Part shown: positions 38,501 through 50,500 of the stretch, in pieces
Position numbering within the stretch: position 1 is the stretch's first letter
Layout: every line of letters begins with the position of its first letter
Assembly: GCA_051362555.1 (NCBI GenBank)
Contig: CM120646.1
Location: forward strand, 23,002,001-23,066,000
Source: Lingula anatina
Lineage: Eukaryota > Animalia > Brachiopoda
Direction of reading: 5' to 3'
Length of the DNA stretch: 64,000 bases
Translations under genes and position numbers: made by a program
The notes under the pieces: model-generated
The model's input: the letters and a program-made list of their open reading frames with translations, nothing else
The model's database searches: none
Told to the model about the DNA's origin: nothing

Positions 38501-41500
38501 GATTCATGATCCAAGTTACCAACTCAAACAGTGGGAATGAATCCAAAAAATTTATATCCTACCTTAAACAATAAAACTCACAACATCAACATTCAAACTT
38601 AACTACAAGTTTTAAACGGTTAGTCATTGAGCAACTCACTCACTTACAGTCCTAATTACATTCAGAGAGTACTAACAACTTTCAATCAAAAGCACTAACT
38701 TCTGAATTGGTCTTTCTAAAATAACTGGCTTGGTTTCACGTTTTCCCAGTGAATTTAAGTCATCAGTTCCTACACAAATCTTGGCCTTGCGCACTAATTT
38801 ATCCTTGCTGGGAATACATTCAACCACTCTGCCTAGTGGCCAACTGTTTCGCGATACATTAGGTTCCACAACAAGAACGATATCTCCCACTGTGATATTT
38901 CTCTTACATCTTGTCCAGCACTGTCTCTTGTTAAGATTCTGAAGATACTCTTTCCTCCATCTGCTCCAGAACTGTTGTGTGAGAAACTGAACTCTTCTCC
39001 ATCTTTTCCTGAGATACATGTCCTGAGAAACAAAATTTCCTGGGGGTGGTAGTGGCACACTGGATTTCATTGTAAGAATGTGATTAGGTGTCAGGGGCTC
39101 TGCACACTCAGGATCATTGATATTGGCTATTGATAGAGGACGGCTGTTTACGATTGCCATTGCTTCATAAAACAGTGTGCGTAAAGATGAATCATCCAAT
39201 CTACCTGGGCAGAGATTAATCACTCCTGCTAATACATTCCTTATAGTACGAATCTGTCGCTCCCATACTCCACCAACATGACTAGAATGAGGTGCATTCA
39301 TAAGAAAATCACAATCTTGATTGGCTAGGTAACAAGCTACCTTCTGAGCATCCATTTCCTTTAATGCAGCTGTGAATTCATTCTTTGCACCTACAAAATT
39401 GCTCCCTTGATCTGATCTGATCTGGCGAACTTTTCCTCTAATAGAAATGAAACATCTAAGAGCATTTATAAACGCATCTGATGACATGTCGTCCAGCATT
39501 TCAACATGCACTGCTCTAGAACATAAACAGGTAAATAACAGACCATAGCGTTTGAACTCCTTCCTATTCTGTTTCACAATGAAAGGACCAAAGCAATCCA
39601 TGGCACTATATTCAAATGGACATGATGCTTCCACACGATCAGAAGGCAAATCTGCCATTTTCTGCTCTTCCACTGGTTTTCTCATTTTCCTGCATGTAAC
39701 ACATCTGTGAATAATTTCAGATGTCAACTTCCCTCCAGCAAGGATCCAAAATCCATTGGCTCTGACTTCATTTAGAGTCATACCACGGCCCATATGACCA
39801 ATGCGTTTATGAAAATGAGATACAATCAATTTTGAAACATAGCTATCCTTGGGTAATATTACTGGATGCTGAACAGAAAAGGCAAAACTTGATTGTCCTA
39901 GCCTTCCTCCCACACAAATTACTCCTTTATTGTCTTTAAAGGGGTTCAATGTTGAACTAGGAGGTTTTTCCTCGAACTTCTGTTCTTGAGCTAATTTTAT
40001 CAAGAATGTGGCTGTTTCTTGCCTTTCCTCTTCTGTAGTGAGACTTGCATTTTTGATACCTCTTGCTCTTCTTTTGAGCCTTGCAATTGCTCTGACTGCT
40101 CTAGACCAATCTGAAAATTTCTCGAGTCTTTCTATCATGGATTTCTTTTCTACTGTCTGTGTACTCCTTACAGAAGACATTTTGATCTCTAGGTCCATTT
40201 CTGGTAACTGTACATCATTGTGGGGCATGTCAGCCATCTCTAAATCAGGATTCCAAAGAAATCTAGGTCCTGTAAACCAGGTGGAGTCTCTCAACTTCTC
40301 CACTGACAAACCTCTTGATGCGTGATCTGCAGGGTTGTCTTCACTTCTTACATAGTGCCATTGCTGTGGGGAAGTTGCTTCTTTGATCAGCTCTACTCTG
40401 TTGGCTACATATATTTTAAATCTGCGTGTGTCATTGTTTATGTAACCTAGCACAATCCTTGAATCTGTCCAAAAATAATGACGGTACTTCTCTGTCATCT
40501 CAGATTCAAGAACTTTGCTCATTTTGAGAGAGACTACTGCAGCATTGAGCTCCAATCTTGGTAGGGTGATAACCTTCAATGGAGTTACTCTGGCCTTTGA
40601 CATGACAAGAGAACAATGTACTTCGTTTTTCTCGTTCACAAGTCGTATATAAGAACATTGTCCATATCCAGATAAACTCGCATCAGAGAAATGATGAAGT
40701 TTTCTTCGCGTTACTGTTCCAAAGTTCTTTGGTATAAAACACCGGGCCACCTTGATATTTTGAATATCCTTCAATTCTTCAGACCATTTTTCCCACTGTG
40801 GCATAAGATCATTGGAAAGCCCTTCATCCCATGCAGAATTCTCTTTACACATTTGTTGCAATATCTGCTTCCCAATAAGAATAAATGGGGATAGAAAGCC
40901 TTGAGGATCATACACGGATGCCACTGTAGATAGCACTCCCCTGCGTGTTTTTGCCTTGACTTCACTGGTAAAAGCTCTGTACTGAAAAACATCATCTTCT
41001 ACATTCCACTGTAATCCCAATGCAGTGGAAACTGGCAATCTGTCTTTATTCAAATCCACACCATTCACCTCTGTAGCACGCTCAGACTCTGGGACCGTTT
41101 CTAATACCTCCCTGCTATTGGACAAGAACTTGTGCAATCGTATGCCTCCACTGGCACACAATTTCCTTGCCTGATCGATAATCTGAATGGCGGTATCTGC
41201 GTCATCAGAGCTGGTCAAACCATCATCAACATAGAAGTTATGCTTAATAAATTCTGCTGCCAATGGGTATTCATTCTCATAACTTTTAGCAAGATATTTC
41301 AAACCAAAATTGGCACAACCAGGCGATGAAGTAGCCCCAAAAAGATGTACTTTCATCCTGAATACCGTTGGCTCCTTGGTAATGTCACCATTTGTCCACC
41401 ACAGAAATCGCAGGTAATTTCTGTCGTTATCTTGCACTAGGAATTGATGAAACATTTTTTCAATATCACATGCTACTGCCACTGGGTGTTCTCTAAATCT

Positions 41501-44500
41501 AATCAAAACTCCTAGAAGGCTACTTGTTAAGTCGGGACCACTTAGCAAATGTTGATTAAGTGAGGTTTGTTTGTAAGTTGCAGAACAATCAAATACCACA
41601 CGAAGTTTTCCTTTCTGTGGATGATAAACTCCATGATGTGGCAAGTACCATACTTCTCCTTTAATGGTATCATCTGGAGCTTCTTCAGCCTCACCTCGGT
41701 CTATAATACCTTGCACCATGTTCATGTACGATTCACGATAACTTGGATCTCGCTCAAACTTGCGTCTCAGATGATCAAGGCGTTGGAGTGCCTGGGACTT
41801 GTTATCAGGGAGAGCTGGTCGTCTTCTGAATGGCAATGGCATCTGAATGTGACCATTATCCAACTGCTGTATATTGGTTTCTTGTACTCTCAAAAACTGC
41901 AAATCTTCTTGAGACATCTCAACTTCGGTCTTGTCGTGAACAAAATCCTTTTCTAAGGCATTAATAACGTCTCTTGGCATACAAGGAAACACCTCCTTTG
42001 TCGTCACACGGTGACAAACTGAAGCTAAGTTATCTCTTGAAGAGCAGCCAACAATACTCCACCCAAGTATAGTCTGCACTGCATATGGCTCACTATTTCC
42101 ACCAACTAGGGTATCTCTGGGTAGCAGTGCTCGTGGACAATTAAAACCTATGAGTAAACCCACATCACAAGTCTGTAGGGGAGGAATCTTGTTCAAAAGA
42201 GGCTTTAGATGTTGCCAGTCTGATACAGTTTTTCTCGTAGGAATTTGTGTTCTGTCAGCTGGTATAAACTCCCTAGTGAATGCTTGATCAATCTCCAATG
42301 TCTCAGTAGACTTGAATCCTCTTACTCGCAATCTTCTGATTTTCTTGCTGTCTATGAGGGACTTTTGACTTGACATTGTTGATAAACTAAGTGTGGCATG
42401 CTCTGTTTCAGCATTTAAAGCAGCAGCCGTATCTTCTAATAAAAATGTAGTGTCACTCTGTGTATCCAAAAGTGCGTAGGTCAACACCTCATGTTCTGGA
42501 TTTTCCTGTGTAGACACCCAAACAGGCACTATCATGGTGGTGCTACTCTGACGGTGATGCTGATTGACTTTGAGAGAATTTACACTTTGAGTTTCTCTGC
42601 TGGTAGGTGGCTGCCTTTCTTCGTGCATGCAGGTTGGATGCTTGCCCTTACAGGTACCACATACATGTTTTCTTCTGCAGTCACTGTTTCTGTGTCCCTG
42701 TCCTAAACATCCAAAGCACAAATTCTTTTTCACCACAAACTCCCTTTTCTTGGATATCGTTAAAGCGCCAAAGTCATGACATCTAGAGATATAATGACCT
42801 TCTTTCTCACAATATGTGCACAATTTTTTCTCTGCTACACCAGCATTAACATTTAGAGCTCTGACCGTATCATGCACCTTGTTCACCAATGGAGAGGTAA
42901 TGGGATTGCAAGCCACTTCTGATTCTTCTGACAGGAAAGCACAAAAGTCACGAAAGGAGGGGTAGCCTTCAGTCTTCATAGACCTTGTCACTTGACGATT
43001 CCATCTGTGTGATACAAACTGTGGCAGCTTGTTAACCATTTTCCTGTTTTCACTATAATCGTTCAAAACTGTGAGTCCCTTGACGTGCGGCATGGCATCA
43101 CATACAGCATTCAGAAAGTCTGAGTAGTCTCTGAGTGCATTTCCATCTTTTTCTGGAATCTTTGGCCATTTATCTAGCTTTTCTCTGAAAGACTTCTGTA
43201 TCAGGAACTCATCTCCAAACCTTTCGTTCAGCTTTCTCCAGGCATCATCAAATGCTGCTTCATCTGTTCTTAAGAAAGCTCCCTGAATCATTTTAGCAGC
43301 AGGCCCTGCTGTATACTTCCTAAGAAAAAAGAGTTTCTCAGTAGCATTGAGGGCTTTTCTTCCAATTAAGACAGAGAAGGAGTTCTTCCATTCAGGAAAC
43401 AGCAATGGATTACCTGCAAATACCTTTGGTTCTGGAACAGGTAGGCGTCCTAAAGACAAACTCTGTTGAAGAGCTTCTGTTAAACCATCGAGGGAAACTG
43501 CTGGCGTGTGATCAGTTGTGGCCATAGGCGTAGAGACTGCATGCATGTGTGCAGTTGTAGCTATGGGCACGGAAACATCAGGTGCAGACAGGGAAACTGA
43601 GGGTACACGCACAGCTGCAGTCACAGGTAGGGAAGCAGCTGGAGTATAGACAGATGCAGTCGCAGGCACGGACATCACATGTGCATGAACAGCTGTAGTC
43701 GCTGACACGGGAACCTCTGATGTATAAACAGCTGTAGTCGCTGACAGGGGAACCTCTGGTGGTAAGACAGTTGTAGTCACAGGCACAGAAACCTCGGGTG
43801 TATAAACAGCTGTAGTCACAGGCAGGGAAACTGAGGGCAGGCGCACAGCTGCAGTCACAGGCACGGGAACCTCAGGTGTTGTGGCAGCTGCAGACACAGG
43901 CACTGAAACCTCAGGCGTGTAAACAGCTGTAGTCACAGGCAGGGAAGCAGAGGGCACGTGTACAGCTGCAGTTGCAGGCAGGGAAACATCTGTTGTGTAT
44001 GCTTCTGTGGTCACTGGCAGGGAAACTGAGGGCACGTGTATCTTGTCAAACTCATTTAAAGCATCAACTTTAGCCTGAGATACACGTAAACTAGTCTGTA
44101 TTTCTAAATCCTCCTCTTTAAATTTCAATTCTAACCTTGCTCGCTCCAATTCCTGCTTGACTTTCATGGCTGATGCACGAATGCTCAACTCGGCTTGTTT
44201 CTGTGCTTCTTCCAATTTCAGAAGACTTGACCTTGAGGAGCCACGAGAACTGGTGCTTGATCTGGTACTGACTGATTTAGAGTCTTCAGTGTGCTCAGTG
44301 ACTGATGATAATTTCTGCTCCATAATTCTCTTGAATTCCAATAATATTTTTCTGCGAGGCTCATCAATAACTGACGTGTCAGAATGGCTTTGTAATTTCA
44401 ACAAATTATCTTCAATTTCAAAATATTGGTCACAATTCTGCAACCATTCTGCATATTCTTCTCTGAGTAGTGTACTGCTACCACCTTCTTTAATTATGGC

Positions 44501-47500
44501 ATTGCACCGTTCCATAATTTTTGACAGTTCTCCAAAGAGTCGCTTACATCTTTTACCTTGTATCTCAACAGAATATTCCTTTCCCTTTTCTGTCATCGTT
44601 ACAGTTCTTTTCTTCGTTAGGGAATTGGTTGACTCGTTTTCACTATAACGGAGGCTCATATTGCAGTTGTATTCTTTTTATTCTTCCGTAAATACAAGTC
44701 ATGATCTCCATTAGTTTAACAGTGAAAACGTTGATGTCTATACCCTTTACTGTAATCCTGTAATAATAAACAAATATAGTACTTAGACTTCGTTCGTTAT
44801 TATTTTACCTTTCGTTGCGTTACAATCTAAGTATACTCATTAACTTGTTATACAGTTTTTCTAATAAGGGCTTTCGCTTACACGCTTTCGCTTACACACT
44901 TAAGTTATAAGACTTACTTCTAGGTTTGGACATTATTGTTACTTTTGAATTTTAAATTATTAGCCTTTAACTATTGTTATATAATAAAAAAGATAGAATA
45001 AATTACCTTGACTTAAGAAATATCTGTTAAATGTGAAGCGCTCTTTTGCATGAAACCACATGGTTTCGGACATCTTATAACAAGAAATAGTACCGGAAGA
45101 ACAAAAATGACTGCGTTTTAACAATGTAAAAAATATGTATATATTTAACTGCAAAAATGTAAATAATGAAAACCAAAAGACAATAATAATTTAAAGAAAC
45201 ACAATCACAAAGTGTAAAAGATAAGTTAAGTAAGCTATCTTCGTGCAGAACTTATTTTCCCGCGTAGTAAAATAAACGCAAACAAAAAATGCATACTTCC
45301 GTCGCAATCTTGTGAGAGCATCTATCGCAATCACTAACTAACATTACTGGCTGCAGTTACAGTGGTAACGGTAGCCGTCCGGCGGAGCCGGCAGAACGAT
45401 CTGGACGGGACCGAAACCATGTGTACCGCCAGCGCTAACGCTGGTGGTACAATTAAGTTTAAAGGGATAATAACTCTTGGTATGAGATCTATATTTCACA
45501 ATAAAAACATTTGTGAATGACCAATAGAAATATAATATATTCTGTTTTACCACAAAAACGGCAGTTATAGCTATTATTCTGATATCTGAGCTTGTCTTTA
45601 GACCACGTGACCTCCATTGTTGACTATACTCTGTTAAAATCTCTTAAGAGATTTTAACAAAAAAACAAACTTTTTAGAAAAAAACCGGGGACTAACTTTG
45701 AATGTAAAAATGGATTCATTAACCATTAGTAAATATGGGAAAATTGTTGTTTACTCCAGGAAAATTCATTTTTGGCCGAAACGAAGAGTTATTATCACTT
45801 TAATCATACTTGATTATATCTATCTATCTATCTATCTATCTATGTATCTAAATTTGATTTTACATATATACATATATTATATATATATATGCTGGTCCAT
45901 GATACTGGGTAACAACAATGGGCTATCATCTTTGAAAGTCTTTCAAAATATTCCTATGTGTTGGATTACAATGGGCGTGCTAGTAAGAATGGGTGTGATA
46001 GTAAGAACCAAACAAAACACTGGGAGGACATATTCGGAAAGTAAACATTCATCCTAGAGCAAGGTACAATATATACTGTCAAGGTAAAAGCTGTTCATTA
46101 AGTCAGATTATACTGCACATCAATTTACTTCCCGTCGTGTTTGGAGAGGACGGACTCCCATCTCCAAGGGTCACCTGATGAATAATTTTCATGTACGCTC
46201 CTCCTCTGTTTGCTACATGTAAGTCCCTGTGGGAGTTCACATCCCTATTGTTTGCTACCCGCACAATCTACTGTCAGCTTAATTATGCATGTTTATAAAC
46301 ACAATCTAGTACAGAAGGGCGTGAGTACAGAATAAATATGTTTATAAATTAATGAATATGTATTGTTGCACGACTTACAGGCACAACCAGTACTTACTGC
46401 CACACGTTGTTTTAACTCGAGTGGTTTCATCCTTCAAAAAGGGGCCAGGTTGATTATCATCTTTTCTTATCCTTACCCTCACCAGGTATACCATATCAGG
46501 CAGCAGGTAGGAAACAGTAACCTCACACTTGATATCACAATCTTCTCCACTCCTGTCTATATATTGCCATGTACCACCAGGTAGTTTAGTGTATTCTAAT
46601 ACATACTGGATTCCTTGCACACCAGACCTATTACACATTCTCCTATTCCAACGAACTGTGATACTAGTGACTGTTGATGTGGCTGAAGGTTTTTCACCAA
46701 GTGTACCTACAGAAAAAGTCCTTGTCACAGTTTGCAAACAGCAAGAATAAACTAGAGGATCAGAGAGGCGATACCGCCTCCGAATATTGTACCACCAGCT
46801 GGAGCAAGCGCATTTATATAGACCCCCACATATACAAAATAAGGAACACAGCCACCAGTCTTGTGCTTGACAAGCTGTAAAAAAGCAATCAACAAGAATT
46901 TTCAAAATATGCAAAAAATATATATATTACTAAAAATGGTACAATCAAAGTTAAGTTCATCGCAAGGTAGGTCAAAGGTCAAGTCCAAGGTCACAGTAAA
47001 TTGCCAGTATATGACTTCCTATTCAACTTCAATAGTAAATATGGGCCTATCTCTGCCAGGTTTGGAGTTAAAAGAGAAAGAAATTAGCAGAGTTCAGTTC
47101 ATGATAATAAGTAGGTCAAAGGTCAATTTCAAGGTCACACTTAGATTGCCAGTATATGACTTCCTATTCACGTTCAATAGTAACTATGGACCTATCTCTG
47201 CCAGTTTTGGAGATAAAGTGGAAGCAAAATATGCAAAGTTCAGTTCATGGTGAAAAGTAGGTCAAAGGTCAATTTTAAGGTCACTTTTAGATTGCCAGTA
47301 TATGACTTCCTATTCAACTTCAATAGAGACTATGGACCTATCTCTGCCAGTTTTGGAGATAAAAGGGAATCAAAATTTGCAAAGTTCAGTTCATGGTGAA
47401 AAGTAGATGGAAAAACTGAACTAATATGGTTTACATCAAGGTCTAAGCCAGACAGGGGAAATGAAATCTGATATTTGTATCGGTGGTGTCAACATCAATC

Positions 47501-50500
47501 CATCTAGCTATGTGAAAGATTTAGGTGTCACCTTTGATCAGTATGCAACTATGGATAGACGGATCTCTGAAATTTGCAAATCGGCATCATACTCACTTTG
47601 GCGAATTAGTAAGATACGTGACTTACTGGACAAAACTTCAACTGAAAAACTAGTCCATGCTTTCATTACTTCTAAGCTTGATTATTGCAACAGTCTCTTA
47701 TATGGTTTAGGCAAAAATCATCTGAACAAACTTCAATTAATTCAAAATTCTGCAGCTAGGCTGGTAACTAAAATGGGATGGAACAGCCGAGAGCATATAA
47801 CACCTGTTTTGATGGAACTTCACTGGCTTCCAGTAAGAGAGAGAATTTTATTTAAAATTTTATGTGTCATTTTTAAAGCAGTCACTGAGAATAAACCACT
47901 TTATATCTCAGAACTTATGAAGCAACATCAGCATGGAAGAGTTACCAGGTCTTCAACTTTTAGTCATTTACTTTTAGAACACAGTGTCTTAGAGAAAAAA
48001 GCTGGTAAATTTTACGGTGAAAGGGCATTTATGATATATGCACCCAAAGTTTGGAACACCTTACCCTCTGAAATACGAGCAGCAGGTGACATAGATACTT
48101 TTAAAAAGCTTTTGAAAACTCATATTTTTAGAATAGCCTATCAGTAAATATCATATAGTTCATTTTAGTTTTTAATAAGGTGTACTGTAATTTTATGATT
48201 AATTTTAAATGTTGTCACTTTAGGTTCTTATCATTTTAGAATATGAATAATTGGTTCTTTAAATTAGTTCTTAGTCCTTTAAAATTGTAATGTGTTCTTA
48301 TATTAGTATTGTGTTATTTAGCTCTTTTAAGTGAATGTTGTAAGGCGCATTGAGATTTTAAATGGAATGCGCCATAGAAAAATAAATTATTATTATTATT
48401 ATTATTATTATTAAGTTGTCTGCTTTGCCAAGCCTTATGTTTTATTTTTCCGGAGTTCAAAATTTATTATCCATTACCGTACTGCACATTTTGCTTTCAC
48501 CACCAATATGACTTTTTGATACAGCGTAACTTTGGAGATAAAAGGGAATCAAAATTTGCAAAGTTCAGTTCTTGGTGAAAAGTAGGTCAAAGGTCAATTT
48601 TAAGGTCACATTTGGATTACCAGTATATGACTTCCTATTCAAGTTCAATAGTAACTATGGACCTATCTCTGCCAGTTTTGGAGATAAAAGGGAAGTAAAA
48701 TTTGCAAAGTTCAGTTCATGGTGAAAAGTAGGTCAAAGGTCAATTTTAAGGTCACATATAGATTGCCAGTATATGACTTCCTATTCAAGTTCAATAGTAA
48801 CTATGGACCTATCTCTGCCAGTTTTGGAGATAAAAGGGAAGCAAAATTTGCAAAGTTCAGTTCATGGTGAAAAGTAGGTCAAAGGTCAATTTTAAGGTCA
48901 CATTTAGATTGCCAGTATATGACTTCCTATTCAACTTCAATAGTAACTATGGACCTATCTCTGCCAGTTTTGGAGATAAAAGGGAAGCAAAATTTGCAAA
49001 GTTCAGTTCATGGTGAAAAGTAGGTCAAAGGTCAATTTTAAGGTCACATTTAGATTGCCAGTATATGACTTCCTATTCAACTTCAATAGAAACTATGGAC
49101 CTACCTCTGCCAGTTTTGGAGATAAAAAGGAAGCAAAATTTGCAAAGTTCAGTTCATGGTGAAAAGTAGGTCAAAGGTCAATTTTAAGGTCACATTTAGA
49201 TTGCCAGTGTATGACTTCCTATTCAAGTACAATAGTAACTATGGACCTATCTCTGCCAGTTTTGGAGATATAAGGGACTAAATGGTATAATTTTGGAGTT
49301 ACCATAATGTGCCATAAATTTCCTACAGAAAAAATTAATTAAAATAAAGAAAAGGTCATTTTGGTCAAAATTCTTGAAATGGGAGGTGCTCTGAAGTTCC
49401 AGATGTTCAAATTTGATGAAATAATGTCATTTTTGACCACAAGTTGTCTGCTTTGCCAAGCCTTATGTTTTATTTTTCCGGAGTTCAAAATTTATTATCC
49501 ATTACCGTACTGCACATTTTGCTTTCACCACCAATATGTACTTTTTGATACAGCGTAACTCGAAAACCGTATGGAATACAAAAAAACCGAGACCACCTTC
49601 AGTGTTGGGCTTTACATGCTCTACAAAATGCAAAAAAGAATGGGTGTCTAGCATTAACGGTTCCCGAATTAGAGACAGTTTTCAGTTTCAATATCTTATG
49701 GCCGCTACTCCCGTGAAAATGCACCGATTGACCCTAAATTCACAGAGATGAAAGATGACCTGAAGGGTAACACTTTCCATTAATATTATTAGTTAAGTCT
49801 GTGTGGTGTCTGAATAAGACCGCAAATAATTTTTTTTTCGGCAAAAATTTTGTTTTTTTGAAAATTTTGGCCCGTTTAACCTTGAAATAAAGGTCAAAGG
49901 TCAAATCCAAGGGCATATTTGAAATCTACACATATGACTTTTGGAAAGCTGTCTGTAGAAATTTTTCCCATAATTCCTTCCGTAGGGGAGATAATTAGCA
50001 TTTAATTTTGCCATTTTTGGACAAGGGTGCATTGCAATGAGTGCCACACCTAGACCCCAATACCGACAAAGCCCAAATTTTACGTGGAACGAGTTGAGAT
50101 TAATAAAATGGGATGGAACAGCCGAGAGCATATAACACCTGTTTTGATGGAACTTCACTGGCTTCCAGTAAGAGAGAGAATTTTATTTAAAATTTTTATG
50201 TGTCATTTTTAAAGCAGTCACTGAGAATAAACCACTTTATATCTCAGAACTTATGAAGCAACATCAGCATGGAAGAGTTACCAGGTCTTCAACTTTTAGT
50301 CATTTACTTTTAGAACACAGTGTCTTAGAGAAAAAAGCTGGTAAATTTTACGGTGAAAGGGCATTTATGATATATGCACCCAAAGTTTGGAACACCTTAC
50401 CCTCTGAAATACGAGCAGCAGGTGACATAGATACTTTTAAAAAGCTTTTGAAAACTCATATTTTTAGAATAGCCTATCAGTAAATATCATATAGTTCATT

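Larger units (their letters stand above)
37407..45361 (-). mobile_element. Full-length BEL/Pao LTR retrotransposon (7955 bp)
   Basis: Two apparently identical 718-bp LTRs (37407-38124, 44644-45361); 5-bp TSD gtggt; PPT gggggggtg next to the 3' LTR; single gag-pol ORF. Confidence 0.95.
34370..45452 (-). mobile_element. HINE family A copy 2, interrupted by the BEL element
   Basis: Same termini as copy 1 plus the intact palindrome tgtaccgccagcg-ctaa-cgctggtggtaca; continuous across the gtggt TSD. Confidence 0.78.

Noticed and set aside
44157-44648. 163-aa plus-strand ORF
   Set aside because: Antisense shadow of BEL gag; no motifs or independent signals.
46705-46745. Apparent loss of the FN3-1 acceptor in B (gcaag in A, gcaaa in B)
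   Set aside because: A better in-phase acceptor, ttttctgtag, is conserved in both copies.
47461-48147. 228-aa ORF as a host gene
   Set aside because: It is the C-terminal part of an L2 LINE ORF2 followed by an (ATT)n tail.
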